From Tubulanus polymorphus (lineage: Eukaryota; Animalia; Nemertea), in contig NW_027437480.1 in NCBI RefSeq assembly GCF_964204645.1, forward strand, positions 1 through 53,062: DNA of 53,062 bases, in the 5' to 3' direction. Under the pieces are notes generated by a model that was given only the letters and a program-made list of their open reading frames with translations, ran no database searches and was not told the DNA's origin. A program made the position numbers and the translations under genes. Positions within the stretch are counted from its first letter, which is position 1. Every line of letters begins with the position of its first letter. Of this stretch, positions 1 to 13,663 are shown one piece after another.

Positions 1-58
1 CTAGTGAAATGTTCGATATAAACGACTACGATGCCCCCTGGTGGCGGTCGTCGCTATT

Positions 59-1207
59 ATGGATCATTACGGAAAAACTCGCGATGACGTCATCATCGAT
101 CAGCCGTCGCAGCCGACGACAGTTGAAGATAACGCTGTCGCCATAGTGATTAAACTGACTTCCCTGTTGGTGATTATTTTGATAAGTGTTGCCGGTAACA
201 CGTGGATTATCTTTATAATTGTTCGCAATATCAAGTTTCGCCGTCTGCCATATTACTACGCCATCAATTTGGCCATTGCCGATTCCATGCGCGCCGTTTT
301 CTGTCTACCGGTTTCCATGGCAACTATAATGGAAGGCTCAACGTGGAAGTACGGTGTAATTGGTTGTCGATTATTTGCGTCTGTAAACGTGTTATTCACG
401 TTCTGTTGTATTTATACTTTATTCGCGCTTTCTGTTGATCGCTATACCTGTAATATCTACCATAGATATTACACTCGCACTATGACGTCACCGATCGCTA
501 GTTCTATATCTATTACTGTCATCTGGTGCAGCGCTTTCTTCACCGCACTGCCACCTATATTCGGGGTGGGAACCTATAGTTATATACCCCTGGAAGCGCA
601 ATGTACACTGGAGTATCGATACTACAGGAATAACGATACTCTTGGATTTATGTTGATTTCTGTGATTACACTCGGAACTATCTTAACGGTTTATTCGAGG
701 GTTTTTGTTTTTATGCGCGCGCATCGCAGAATGAGACCGGTACTATACACCCCTGCATCGAGTAGAGACTGGACATTTTTTGGACCGGGAGCCACCGGTC
801 AGGCTTTAGCTAATTGGATGAACGGGTTCGCTTCCGGTCCACCACATCCAGCTGTATTAGGACTCAGGAGCCAATCAAATCTCTCCAGTCGACTTCATAG
901 TTTAAACAAACACCACCAGGGGGAGCGACTTACCCGATTATTTTTAGTAATCACGTTATGTTACGTAGTTTTATGGACTCCTTACGTCATCATGCAATTC
1001 TGGAATATGTTCGATATACAGAGACTAACGCCACCTATATTAGTCACATGTTCCACGTGGTTGACGTACATACAATTAATGTGTAACCCTGTTATACATG
1101 TTTTATTGAATAGCGCTTTCAGACAAGTCGCGCTTCCCTTTCGCAGGCGGCGCCACCGTCGCCGTCAAAATCAGCGTTACATTCTCGAAAAAACAATACG
1201 CGACTGA
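59..1207 (+). CDS. Class A GPCR, SREB family (GPR27/GPR85/GPR173-like), intronless
   Basis: Seven hydrophobic segments with GN in TM1, LAIAD in TM2, DRY, WTP and NPVIH. The ICL3 motif DWTFFGPGATGQALANW closely matches the SREB signature WTFHGPGA(S/T)GQAAANW. First ATG is at 59; the ORF track starts at GTG 41. Confidence 0.9.
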   Translation: MDHYGKTRDDVIIDQPSQPTTVEDNAVAIVIKLTSLLVIILISVAGNTWIIFIIVRNIKFRRLPYYYAINLAIADSMRAVFCLPVSMATIMEGSTWKYGVIGCRLFASVNVLFTFCCIYTLFALSVDRYTCNIYHRYYTRTMTSPIASSISITVIWCSAFFTALPPIFGVGTYSYIPLEAQCTLEYRYYRNNDTLGFMLISVITLGTILTVYSRVFVFMRAHRRMRPVLYTPASSRDWTFFGPGATGQALANWMNGFASGPPHPAVLGLRSQSNLSSRLHSLNKHHQGERLTRLFLVITLCYVVLWTPYVIMQFWNMFDIQRLTPPILVTCSTWLTYIQLMCNPVIHVLLNSAFRQVALPFRRRRHRRRQNQRYILEKTIRD

Positions 1208-2339
1208 TCAGAGAAATAATTATCGATAACTGATTAATTTTACAATTTTACTGATCAGAGAAATAATTATCGATAACTGATTAATTCTACAATTTTACTG
1301 GTCAGTGAAATAATTATCGATAACTGTATTGTATAGTAATTTGTTGGACACCCTGTAGAATTACAACAGATTACTAGATTTTGCGGTGCTGGGTTAATCA
1401 TTTATACGTGTCGCCATTTTGTGGTTTTATAAATCGTTGTCAGTGCGAAATAAAGAAACAAGATCTAAATGGCTCGTTATTGCATCTTATCAAACTCGGA
1501 GTTGGGGAGTGTAGGGGAGAATGATTCCTCAAGTTCCACAAAAACAATCAGTAAAACAGAAAATAAATCTCACAGTTAATTATTTAGACAATTTTGTGAA
1601 AGTGGGCACCTGACTGGTCACCTGTCACCGCGAAGGGTCACCAAACAAACTGACAAACTCAGTCAGTCACAACTGATCTATTGTCTAGTGGTTAGCATGC
1701 TCTGCTCGTAGGTTTCTAGTCTTGGCTAGGTTAAGGGTTAGCATCTTAGGGTTAGATATTCATGCACTCTTCATTTCCATAGGGGCCGCCATTTAGAATT
1801 CATTTAAAAAAACTTGAAGGTTATCATATCTGCCACCAGATGTCACCATAGTATGCCCATATGTCTCCCTATGAGCTTTCTGAGTGACTTTTTAAATTTG
1901 TCCGTGATACTGAATGGTGTCAGGGGGTCAAAGTGGCTGGGACAAATATGACCCCATGATTCTCTTGGGTAATAATAAAATATAGACTCATTATTATTAA
2001 CATATTTTACATCTTTCTTTCCTGAATTCAATAGAGAGACCTAATTATCATTTGTTTTTAAAGTCTAGTCACCTGAAACCACCACTAGTTCACTGATATA
2101 GCGTGACTCAAATATACAAAGTTCTACTATTTCTCGCATATACAAATCTATTCTATTGGAGACTAGTGAATAAAAAGTATTTCAGAAAGTTTCTTGCATG
2201 ACAATTTCCTGAACAGTGTAGATGGGTGTTACCACATGTAGATAGATAATAGCAGGCTAGCGTATCACATGCGTTATTGCACCATTGAAGAGAGTTGAAC
2301 GCGGTCTGAAGTATCTCTTGTTATTTCACTGGGAGCTGA

Positions 2340-2536
<197 letters not shown>

Positions 2537-2593
2537 AAATGCTATGAATTTCACATCTCAACTCACATCCACCACCACGACTGAGTCTCATCA

Positions 2594-3573
2594 ATGTGTT
2601 TTACCACCAGATCGATGGGATCACGTGTTTCTATTGTTATATTCAGAAGGATCGGTCGTTCCACTTATCAAACTATTATAATTCTTGCCTGGTTTGATTT
2701 ACTGTTTCTTGTTTCAGTGTTTCTTCTTTATCCGTTTCGTATACTTGTTATCCAGATCACCAGGACCACTGAATTAAGCACACTCTGGCTTATTGATGAT
2801 TGGTATTTTGGATACGAAATCATAATATGGGTGCTACCATTATTCTATACATTTCAAACTGCCAGAAATTGGACCGTTGTGATTGTTACTGGCCGCATTA
2901 TTTTCCACTTTATTTACCCGGAAGGGCCACACATCCTTGCGCAAGGGATTATTCACAATGGGAGCTTTTGGAGCCACAACAACTAGAACTCCGTTTAAAT
3001 ATAATTCTGCTCTTGCGGATTACATCACTTTTAATACCCACATCTTCTTGACTGTAATTGTTCCTTTTAGTGTCTTGATAGTGTTAAATCTGACTTTATT
3101 TGGAGTCATGATATACAGAAAACGAAATCAAAAGAAACAATTTCACACGGACACAGCGGCGACCAGTGAGAAAACTCAAAATACATCCGCTGAATTTAAA
3201 ATATTAAGAATGGTTCTCATGATTGTATTGATGTATTTTATATTTGAAATACCGGCATCTTTAGATCGTGTCTCGCAAATCGATATATGACGTCATGCGC
3301 AACAGCGCCAGTAATGAAATCACGCTTCGTGAGGCCAGGGGGCTAGGGTGGAAGCGAGTTCGGGAGTGATACCGGACCCCTGGCAACCGAGGATGATACG
3401 GATTACGCTTTGGTTTATCTGAAGATGAAAAAATGGTCATGCGTAAAGTAGGAATTCTGCTCAGTGTTTTTGACTCATCCGCAAATTTCTTTATTTATTG
3501 CGCAACGAATAAAACATTTAGAAAAACAGCTAAACAAGTTTTACTTATCAATTATTTGTGTGATTCACAGTAG
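2594..3573 (+). pseudogene. Disrupted class A peptide-receptor GPCR (FMRFamide/sex-peptide receptor-like)
   Basis: TM2-TM3 (LAWFDLLFL...FYTFQTARNWTVV), TM5-TM6 (VIVPFSVLIVLN...ILRMVLMIVLMYFIFEIP) and TM7 (DSSANFFIYCATNKTFRK, stop 3571-3573) are split by a frameshift and a stop at 3288-3290. The DRY/TM4 region is missing. No convincing splice sites rescue it. Confidence 0.65.
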
Positions 3574-4325
3574 AATTATCATATGCTGGGACAATAAAGA
3601 TAAAAGAATTTCGCTGTGACGACCAGTCTTTCCATAAGCGGCTTGTGATCACTTCAACACTTTGATTCAAAAATAAAACAAATATGTGTCGAGAAAATGG
3701 AAATAAATCAGTTTACGGTGGAACCTCGCAGTGACGACCTCACGGAACTCGTCAATATCGCTTCTTACAAACGCAATAAATGCAGCTAAAATACCTCTAA
3801 TAACCGACATATTTAGTTACTTAATATGAACCGGGGCGACCTTGACCGGATCACAACATTTGCCGGTCATGTTTCATTTTTTGACGTAATATAGTAAATA
3901 TCATGCTAAATTTCCTATTCAAACTAGTATCATCTTGGCGTCTTGGTGTGTTTCTCCTTCCGCCGGCACTGCTTATAATCGTGGAGCTTGGGGTCCTCTC
4001 CAGAAAATTTCTCGTGCAAGCAGGCCCGTTCTGGTGCAATCTGAGGCCGATAGGTAGACTGGGCCTAATTTGGATGTATCGATGTTATTTTGCTATGCAG
4101 ACCATGTGCTGACGCTTCGTCGTCGTTTGAAAATTCAAGAGGAGGTTGCGTTCCGAACTACCGTACCAAACGCAACCCCCCCCCCGTATATGGTTCCACG
4201 GCGCACAAAAGCCCAGTGGTGGTTAACGTGAAACAAGCAGAAAAAGTATAATTTACCCGAAATAATAAGACGCGCGCGGTTGTAAATATTGCGGCTTCTC
4301 TCAAGAACGCAAACCCGATAATGCG

Positions 4326-4577
4326 TAGACTGGTTCCCTGTCGTGTGCCGGTAACCAGTCTACGGTGCCTCCTTTTTCAAACGGGTTTCAAACCTGAAAT
4401 GAGATTTTTTATAGGGCCTTTGTAAATGTTAGCAATTTATTCAGGGTTTTGTGATGAATATACCTTCTATTTCGTTTCTTTCATAGAATTTGTTTGTAGA
4501 AATATTAGACTGGTTGCCGGTCTCTACCGTCTGACTGCGAATGCAGGTGGCGCAGAATTTGACAGGCGACCAGTCTA
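4326..4577. repeat. Two short palindromic (MITE-like) elements TAGACTGG...CCAGTCTA
   Basis: 4326-4362 and 4506-4577 both have inverted terminal arms with shared subterminal CCGG/GACAGG motifs. Confidence 0.6.
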
Positions 4578-4689
4578 TAGAAATATATGTCATCATCAAT
4601 TTTGATTCGCGCGACTTCGCAAGGTCGTCAATATCGGGGATTCCCTAAAAATGCGGGAATACCCCTCAGCTTAAAAGAAAGCGAACGAA

Positions 4690-7600
4690 ATGGCGACCAC
4701 AAAGTCAGATTTCCTGACAGTAAAGAAGAAATTAAAGGACTGGGAAAATAAATTCTCTTTAGAAAATAAAGTTAAACCAAGAAAAGTATGAAAAACATCG
4801 ATTTTAAAACCGGTTTTTGATTCCATCTTTAGATTTGTAGTACTTAGTAGTAGTACTGTTGTAGAAATCGCTCCTTTTTCAGCTACTTACTACTACCCCT
4901 CACTGTTGTCAAAACCCCCTGTCCATCATCTTCTCAGACCCTGTCCCTTAATCTGTCTCTCAGTCTCATCTGACCTGCCCTCAGTCACGTTGTCTACCCA
5001 CACCCTGCATCACCACACTACTCTCCGCATTGCTGCAGCTGTAACCCTCTCACATTTACTGTTTTCATTTTATTCAGGAGGACATAAAAAATGCACCAAC
5101 AGATATAAAAGGTGTGTACCATTATGTATTTGTAGGGTATATATTAGGGAGGGGTGATATTGGCAGCATAGAGGGTGTCATCAGGAGTGGGGCGGCGAGA
5201 GGGGGGGGGTGGGGGATATAAAGAGAGAGGAGAGTGTTTAATGTGTTTTGATGTTATTTTGTTGTAGATTTGTACCGTCGTTTTAATGAGTTAAAGAAAT
5301 CTCATGAACAAATACAGCAAAAACAGCAGGTACAACAAACCTGGGTCTAATGAGAGGTCACTAACCTCCTCCTGGGTCTAATGAGGAGAGGTCAATGACC
5401 TCCTCCTGGGTCTAATGAGAGGTCACTGACCTCCCCTTGGGTCTAATGAGGAGAGGTCACTGATCTCCTGGGTCTAATGAGGAGAGGTCACTGACCTCCT
5501 CCTGGTTCTAAATTGAAATAATTTTGATTTATATTTTAGGATGATTTGTGGAATTCAGCGAATCAAAAACAATCTCCAGTCACAGCCACAGGAGCAGCTC
5601 ACACAGGAGCAGCAGCTCGAGGAGCAGCTCGAGGAGCAGCTCGAGGAGCAGCTCGAGGAGCAGCAGCTGCAGCTTCATTCTCTGAAAAACTACGCAAAAA
5701 TCTCATGAAAGTATCACTGGCTAATTCTACTGGGAAGGTGTGATATTTTTACAATCCAGGGGCCAGTTGCACAGTTGTGACTTAAGTCCAAAAGTGGTCT
5801 TAAATCTTGAGACTGGTCTTAAGTTGTTAGATTGGCTATAGAACTAAGTTGGTCTTAGACTGGTCTTAAGTCTAAGCCATGACTATGGAACCAGCCACAG
5901 GGGTCGGTTGCATAGTCAGGGCTTAGACTTAAGACCAACTTAGTTCTAACCCTAGGACCAATCTAAAGATTTAAGACCACTTTTGGTCTTAAGTCTTGAT
6001 TATGTAACCGGCCCCAGAGGTCTCTAGTGTGGTGGTGATGGTTTGAATAAAATGATCTCTTGTTTTTTTTCAGATAAAGAAAACTTGCATGAAATTATCG
6101 AAAAAAGAGAATGAGGAGAATAAAGATGAAATGGAGAATGATTTCGCTGCAGAGGCAACACTGAAAAGTAATGATGATATTTTTAAGAAAGCTCTAAGTT
6201 TAAGTAAAAAGACTGAAATCCATCAAAAAATTGCAACTCAAGAGAAAGATGTGATCAGTTACAAACGCAATGAGGCTGATCAACTTTTAAAAACTATTCA
6301 AATTATTTCTGGTAATAAAACAGAAGTTTGTGTTCCGAGCAGTTTAACACAACACTGTGACATACAACTTATACCACCGCAAACTGAGAGTACACGAGTA
6401 CCACCGCAAACTGAGAGTACACGAGTACCACCGCAAACTGAGAGTACACGAGTACCACCGCAAACTGAGAGTACACGAGTACCACAGCAAACTGAGAGTA
6501 CACGAGTACCACAGCAAACTGAGAGTACACGAGTACCACAGCAAACTGAGAGTACACGAGTACCACCGCAAACTGAGAGTACACGAGTACCACAGCAAAC
6601 TGAGAGTACACGAGTACCACAGCAAACTGAGAGTACACGAGTACCACAGCAAACTGAGAGTACACGAGTACCACCGCAAACTGAGAGTACACGAGTACCA
6701 CAGCAAACTGAGAGTACACGAGTACCACCGCAAACTGAGAGTACACGAGTACCACAGCAAACTGAGAGTACACGAGTACCACCGCAAACTGAGAGTACAC
6801 GAGTACCACAGCAAACTGACAGAGTACCACCGCAAAGTGAGAGTTTAAGTGAATCTAAAAGTACAATCAGTGAAATTCTGTCCATTGAATCAAGCCAACC
6901 AGGAAATTGTCATACTAATTATGAAATAAATCAGTTAAAAACACAGGTAGATGATTACGACGTTCCTGATGGATTCTGGGAAGATGAATTCCCAGCCGCG
7001 AGTTCAGAAAATAAACAGAAAACTTTCCTGGCAGAACAGCTCATAAACAGCATGAAACTAGATACTAAAACTGACAATGAGAGGAAGGAGGAAAGCTTTA
7101 TTAAACGTGGTCAGAGAAAGAGGAAAGCTGTGAGTGGAAGTAAAGAGGAAAGAGTTCAGAAAAGACAACGGAAGAGAACGTTAGATGAAAGTGAAGATGA
7201 TCAACAGGAAGTTGTCTGGAATAATGAGGTAAAATTGTCATTTGTATTTTCAGATTTTTCATCCATTGTTGGTAATTAATCAATAACTCTTTGCTGCTGC
7301 TGCTGCTGCTGCTGCTATTTACAGGAGATGGAATATGAAACGGAGGAGGAGTCATTAGCTGTCAATCATATTGATTCATCTGCCAATCAAATGACTTCAT
7401 CAAATACAAGCAGAAAATCGAACAATAAAAAGTCAGTATTTGTTGACATTTTATTTGATTTCAGGTTTTAGTTGTTTTAATAAGTTGTTTATTTTAGGAT
7501 GAATGATAATTTTGTGCGTTTAAATATGAAACTGAAAACGTATCGAAGGAAAGGTCAATCAATAACTGGATCGAAATATAAACGACAACAATGGAAGAAT

Positions 7601-10600
7601 CGTATGAAAGCAAGAAGTAATGATTTCGGTCGCGATAAATGTTTTAAATGCGGTGAATCGGGACATTGGGCGAATAAATGTACGAATCAACGTAAAAAAC
7701 AGAAAGAGGAAGATGAGGAGGATTTAGAGAATGAACAGCCGTTTAAAGATGAAGATTTCCTTTCATTAAGAGATACTGCTTTAATGGTCGCAGGAGTTCA
7801 ATCTGCTTCAGGATCAGGAGTTCAAACAACTACTGGAGCTACATCAGGAGTTCAATCAGGTAATTCTTTATTTGTGATGAAAAAAATTATTAAAAAATTG
7901 GATTAATTTTTGAATTCATTAGAAATTGATTTTACCAGAAGAAAACAAAAAACCAGGGACTGATGCGGAATCAGCTGATGTGGAACCTTCTGTTGTGGAA
8001 CCTGCTGTTGTGGAACGAGGTGATGTGGAACTGGATGAAGATGACATTGAAGATTATATTATTAGAACAAAGTTCATAAATCAGAAACCACCGGAGCCTG
8101 TAAAACCACTTTATCCACTTAATGAGCTCGGAGAAATACAAGGTACAATTTACATCATCACTTAACTAATTACAATGTTATTCAACTAGATTCGATGTAA
8201 TTTAACTAGATTCGATGTAATTTAACTAGATTCGATGTAATTTAACTATTTTCAGTTCCTATGAAAGAAGTGAAGCGAGTATTGAATCAGTTTGGATTTG
8301 ATTCATTCCGTCCCGGTCAGGAAGAGGCAGTTAAGAGAATCCTATCAGGTTTATCCACCCTCGTTGTTTTATCCACTGGAGCGGGTAAATCACTGTGTTA
8401 TCAGTTACCCGCCTACATGTACGCCACCTATACACAATCTATTACACTAGTCATTTCACCACTAGTTTCATTGATGGAGGATCAGGTAATTCACCTGCAC
8501 GCCACCTGGTGGTCGACATTCATATTCATATATTTGATTCTTATATGTATGTTTATATATACTATAGGTGACAGGTCTGCCCCCTGGTGTTAACGGCGCG
8601 TGTTTACACACTAATATGACTCCCGCTCAACGTGAGAAAGTAGTGAATAATCTAAAAGAAGGAAATATCCATTTTTTACTGTTATCCCCGGAGGCGCTAG
8701 TCGGAGGAGGAAGTCGTAGTTCTGGATGTTTACCTCCGTTCTCTCAGTTACCTCCGATTGCATTCGCTTGTATCGATGAAGCTCATTGCGTGTCTGAATG
8801 GTCGCATCATTTCCGTCCGTCTTATCTAAGAGTGTGTCGGGTAATTACTTACACAACGGTTCCACAGTTCCACAGTTTTCCACTCTTCTCTTTCTAATGT
8901 ATTATTATATTACAGGTATTGAAGGAAAGATTAGGCGTGAATTGTATTCTAGGATTAACTGCTACTGCTACGTTAACTACCGCCGCTAGTGTCGCTCAAC
9001 ATTTAGGAATAGTTAATTATGAACGGTCTATGATTCGAGGGGCTCCGGTTCCGTTAAATCTGACTCTATCGGTTTCTAGAGACGAGGATAAAGAACAGGT
9101 AACTACACCATCACATCTTTAACTGTTACTAGGGTCGTGGTCAGATTTATAAATAGTGTTTATTTATTACAGGCTTTATTAAATCTGTTACAAGGTGAAA
9201 GATTTACGTCATGTGACTCAATAATTATATATTGTACACGAAGAGAACAGACGGAGCGCCTAGCAACCGTTATTAGAACGTGTTTAAAAGATCTTCCATC
9301 TACACAGAAAGAAATGGACGTTAAAACTAAAACCAAAACTAAGAACAAGAAAAGTAAGAATAATAGTGAATTTACACTGATTCACCGCTGCTGCTGCTGC
9401 TGCTGTTGTAGGTAGCTGCTGCTGCTGCTATAGGTAGCTGTAATGTTTGTATTGTTTTATATAATCAGGTAAAGGTGACTGGTACGCTGAGAGTTATCAC
9501 GCTGGAATGCCAGCCCCTCGCAGACGACGCATTCAAAATTCATTCATGTCCGGTAAATTACGTATCGTCGTGGCAACAGTAGCGTTTGGAATGGGTTTAG
9601 ATAAACCGGATGTTCGAGCCGTTATTCATTACAACATGCCGAAAAGTTTTGAAAGTTACGTTCAAGAGATCGGTCGCGCCGGTCGTGATGGTAACACTTC
9701 TCATTGTCACGTATTCTTAGATCCGCAGGTAATTATTGATTCGAGTCTCTACGGTATTAAACTGATTGCGATGTTATTAAACTGATTGTGAGATTGTGAT
9801 TGTTATTTATAGGGTGATGATATGTGTGAATTGAAGCGTCATACATATGCTAACACTGTCGATAGATACACGATTAAAAAACTACTGAAACACGTTTTTC
9901 CACCTTGTTCCTGCCATCGCAAACATTCTACTGCCGATACTGAAAGGTCGTGTCAAGGTCATGAAAGAGCTATACCTATTGATAAAACAGTTCAACAGTT
10001 AGATATGAAATCAGAAGGTGAATAAGAATCTATCTTCAGTATGCTGTTGTGTTATTTTAGAAGTTTTACGGTATAATCGTTTGATTTATTAGGTATCAGT
10101 ACGCTGTTGTGTTATTTTAGAAGTTTTACGGTATAATCGTTTGATTTATTAGGTATCAGTACGCTGTTGTGTTATTTAGAATTACATTCTAAACAATGGA
10201 TCGATAATCTACAACCTGTTTACGGTATTTGTTCTTTAAAGTGTTACGGAGGAGTTCAACTTTTCCGTCAAATCGCTAAAAAGGTTTGTTATCAAAATAT
10301 ATCACTGTTGTCTTTATGAATGTGAGTATGTATATATGAGACTGTAGTCGCCCCCTGGTGTTGTATATTTGTAGTGTCCCCCGGTTGCTGCGGCGATAGC
10401 TATAGATAAGAAACGAGGAGTCAGCCACGTTAAGAGCAGCGGAATAGAATTTGAAGTGGTTCGAGTCAGTGATAAAATGGGTTGGGATTCAGGATTAGTG
10501 AAACGACAACTGAAAAACTTACAGTGGAATCAAACTGGTAAAATATCCATCAATATTCATCAATATCCATCAATATTGGTGAATATCTTTCAATATCCAT

Positions 10601-11478
10601 CGATATTCATCAGTATTCATAAATATTCTTTGATATTGATGAATATCTTTCGATATTAATCAATATCCTTCAATATCTACTGATACTAGTTTTGAAGTGG
10701 TTGTTATAACAAAAACTGGTATAATGATTAATTGGATAAAACCAATTTTATCTCAAGACAATTAATTATCTTCATACCAGATATAACGAGTAACCCTGAC
10801 CCTAACGAGTAACCCTAACTCTAAAGAGTAACCCTAACGAGTAACCCTGATCCTAACGAGTAACCCTGACCCTAACGAGTAACCCTGACCCCAACGAGCT
10901 ATCATCCGACATAACAAACTATGTAGTGTAATAGTGGTTTAACAACTTTGTATTTTATAGAATCTGGATATCGTAAAAGTGGAGTGATAGTTGAATTCAC
11001 TGATCTCAGCTATCACCTACGTTCACCGGGAGATTTAAACGATGATGAGTTAGATGAAATATTACAGTTTCTCGACGGTCGAGTTCAAATGCAAGAAAAA
11101 ACTGAAATCGATCAATTACAAAAAATACACGCAGCGTTCAAAAGGTATTTTGACTCACCTGCAGCAGGTCGCTTCATATTTATCTCCTCACATGTCGCAG
11201 GTCGCTTCATCTTTACCTCCTCACATGCCGCAGGTCGCTTCATCTTTACTGAAATAATGAAATGAATTGTATTTTACAGCATTTCATTTAAGAATTATTG
11301 GTTGTGTTCGGAAGATGTTGATATAAGTCGAAGCGATAAATTAAAACAGATTCTCATCGAATATTTCGAGAAACAGCCGGATATCGATATTTCACAAATC
11401 ACTAAATTATCATTCGCTCGAGAAATTGATGATTCACAACATACAAATATTTTAGATGAAAAGGTAATAATAATTTCA

Positions 11479-11514
<36 letters not shown>

Positions 11515-11795
11515 GAACGATTCAGTATAATTAAAACGGTTGTATTTATGTATTTCAGGTTGAATGTTGTAATGAATCTCAGATTCGTGCTGATATTCGA
11601 GGATTTATAAACCTATATTCGAATGATCACACATTTACTGGCAGGTCAATCGCTCGGATATTTCATGGAATCGCTAGTCCGTGTTTCCCTGCTGAAATCT
11701 GGGGTCGCGTTCGTCGCTATTGGAGATCACATCTCAACACTGACTTCAATATTCTCCGTAAAATCGCCACTCAGGAATGTGTTCGAATGAAATAA
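4690..11795 (+). CDS. RECQL4: RecQ4 helicase, multi-exon
   Basis: Sld2-like N-terminus across exons 4690-4785, 5078-5111, 5268-5329 (LKDWENKF...KPRKEDI...[10 protein letters not shown]), then exons 5540-5737 and 6074-7228. Further motifs: [10 protein letters not shown], Zn knuckle [14 protein letters not shown], helicase motifs [56 protein letters not shown], and C-terminal [19 protein letters not shown] with stop at 11793-11795. Examined introns are GT-AG; internal exon ends were not all resolved. Confidence 0.96.
5338..5510. repeat. Intronic ~30-35-bp tandem repeat (CCTGGGTCTAATGAGGAGAGGTCACTGACCT core)
   Basis: About five imperfect copies in RECQL4 intron 3. Confidence 0.85.
5759..6015. 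mobile_element. MITE-like foldback element in RECQL4 intron 4
   Basis: Long imperfect inverted termini GGGGCCAGTTGCACAG...ACTTAAGTCCAAAAGTGGTCTTAAATCT / AGATTTAAGACCACTTTTGGTCTTAAGT...TGTAACCGGCCCC; no coding capacity. Confidence 0.75.
6373..6843 (+). repeat. 27-bp coding minisatellite in RECQL4 encoding P(P/Q)QTESTRV
   Basis: 16 full units plus two degenerate units, in frame in the 6074-7228 exon. Confidence 0.95.
10783..10898. repeat. Intronic ~19-bp tandem repeat (CTAACGAGTAACCCTGACC)
   Basis: About six imperfect copies. Confidence 0.8.
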
Positions 11796-12233
11796 TCTCC
11801 ACTTCAGGAATGTGACGTTTAAATTCATTACTATTTATATTCATGAAAGAAGTTTGCAATAAATATACTATCATATTGTTCCTTAGCTACATGTGTCTAT
11901 GTCATGTTATTCTATAAGTCAACTCACATTCAGCGAGAAGTGGCTGGTCATGTGGTCCACCTAGGGTTACGAGTAATGGCTGTTGCCCCACCGAGGGTTA
12001 GAGTTACGGCAACTGTTGTGTCACTAATTTCCGATATCTATTTCATAATACAGACCTGCAACCTTTCAGTAAATCATTCCTCCAATATTTGATAATTTGC
12101 AGTTAATGATATGTTCAGTCAGATGTCAACAGAGATATCTGTGGCAAATGAATAGGAGAAACAATTATTTACACTTCAAACTAATAGAATAAACAATATA
12201 TATGTAGGAAATGTTAAGTTTATTGATTATATT

Positions 12234-13000
12234 TCATCCAATCATTGTTCTTTTTCTTCCTCTCATTCGAACTTCATTGAGTTTTTTAATGACTTCATTT
12301 GCAGTTTGAGGATTATATGAGATATAACTGTTTAAAATACAATCGAATATTTCTTCAGTGTTTGGATGAGTGCTTAAAAATGCACGTTCTAATACGTATA
12401 AATCGACACCTTTATCTTCTGTTAGATTTTCAATATAACTCAAACCAAAATCTATAAATACTACATCGATATTATTAGACTTGAGTAAAATGTTTGATGT
12501 TGTAAGATCTCCGTGAATGATGTTGTTTTCGTGCATTTTCGCGATATTTCGTCCTATATTTTCTGCGATTGGTTTCAGTTTATCGATAAATTGCGGCGAC
12601 TTCAACTGTTTTCGTATAAAATCTCGAACTGTCATCGAATCCGAGATGAATTCCATATAAATCTTGTAAGATTGAAGATCGACCAAGTATAAAGCCGGCG
12701 TGGGAATACCTGCAATAATCACATCGGTTACAAGATGTAAATATAAAAAACACGACTGATTGAAGAGTTTAATTTACCGTGAGCTCTGCATCTCATCATT
12801 GATCTAATTTCTGATCTAGTTCGAGTTAAAGTTAAAGTTTTATCCAACGTTGGATGTCGATACGTTTTAGAAAATCTTTCTTTGATTATCACGGCATTCC
12901 CATAGAATGAACCGGAGTAAATCTTAGCTTCGGCTCCTTGTTTCATCAATACACCACCGGTAACCTGCTGCTGCTGCTGCTGCTGCTGTACTGAACACAT
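12234..13000 (-). CDS. TP53RK: EKC/KEOPS kinase TP53RK/Bud32; exons 13000-12778 and 12709-12234
   Basis: KQGAEA, KERFSKTYRHP, HGDLTTSN, IDFGL, EDKGVDLYVLERAF, C-terminal VRMRGRKRTMIG. A phase-1 GT-AG intron joins AH-G-IPTP. Start codon is tentative. Confidence 0.95.
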
Positions 13001-13663
13001 CTCTTCTAGCTGCTGCTGCTGCTGCTGTTAGAAATATGAAGACATAGTGTGAGTGGAACACTTCCGGGCCGTCACTTTCACAGGCTGAAGGGACACATTT
13101 AGGGCCTAGTTCAAGTTTTATCCAGATGTTGATGTTATAGAAAATCTTCCTTAAACTCAGTCTGCTTACGAGCAGTAGATAGAAAGATGGATGTTTCAAC
13201 AAAACAGATCAATAAAGTTTAAATTGAATTGAACATAACTTTTAGGCTTAACTGGGTCACGGGCAGCTGGGTTTGCGGAATATTACACATATTCTGCATC
13301 TATAAGTGCGTATTTTAGATAAGGTCTCATTGTCTCTATATTACGCATCAATTCATACCTAGAAGTTTGTTAAAAACCGCGGTGTTAATGGGTAGAATTT
13401 CTGAATTGCATTGAATTGAATCAGGAAGTAGGATTTCAGTCGATTGTAAACCGAACGCAGATATATCCCTACATCGACGGTAAACAGTCACATTAATATC
13501 CATGCACTGCTATATAGATCCACACGTTCTGTATAATATTCACAAACAAATGTTCTCCGTTTACCATAATTTATTTTCTCTATTCTTTCGATTTTGATTT
13601 ATTTATTTGCTTGTTGCTGTAAATATTTTATGTTTTCTATTTAAATTGAATTGAATTTACAAT

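Noticed and set aside
6298-6885. Repetitive ORFs in other frames and strands over the RECQL4 minisatellite
   Set aside because: The 27-bp unit lacks stops in several frames; only the RECQL4 frame connects to flanking exon sequence.
4690-13000. RECQL4 and TP53RK (both linked to telomere biology) as part of a telomere system with the PLE
   Set aside because: Ordinary housekeeping genes in a mixed cluster; no sequence evidence of functional linkage.
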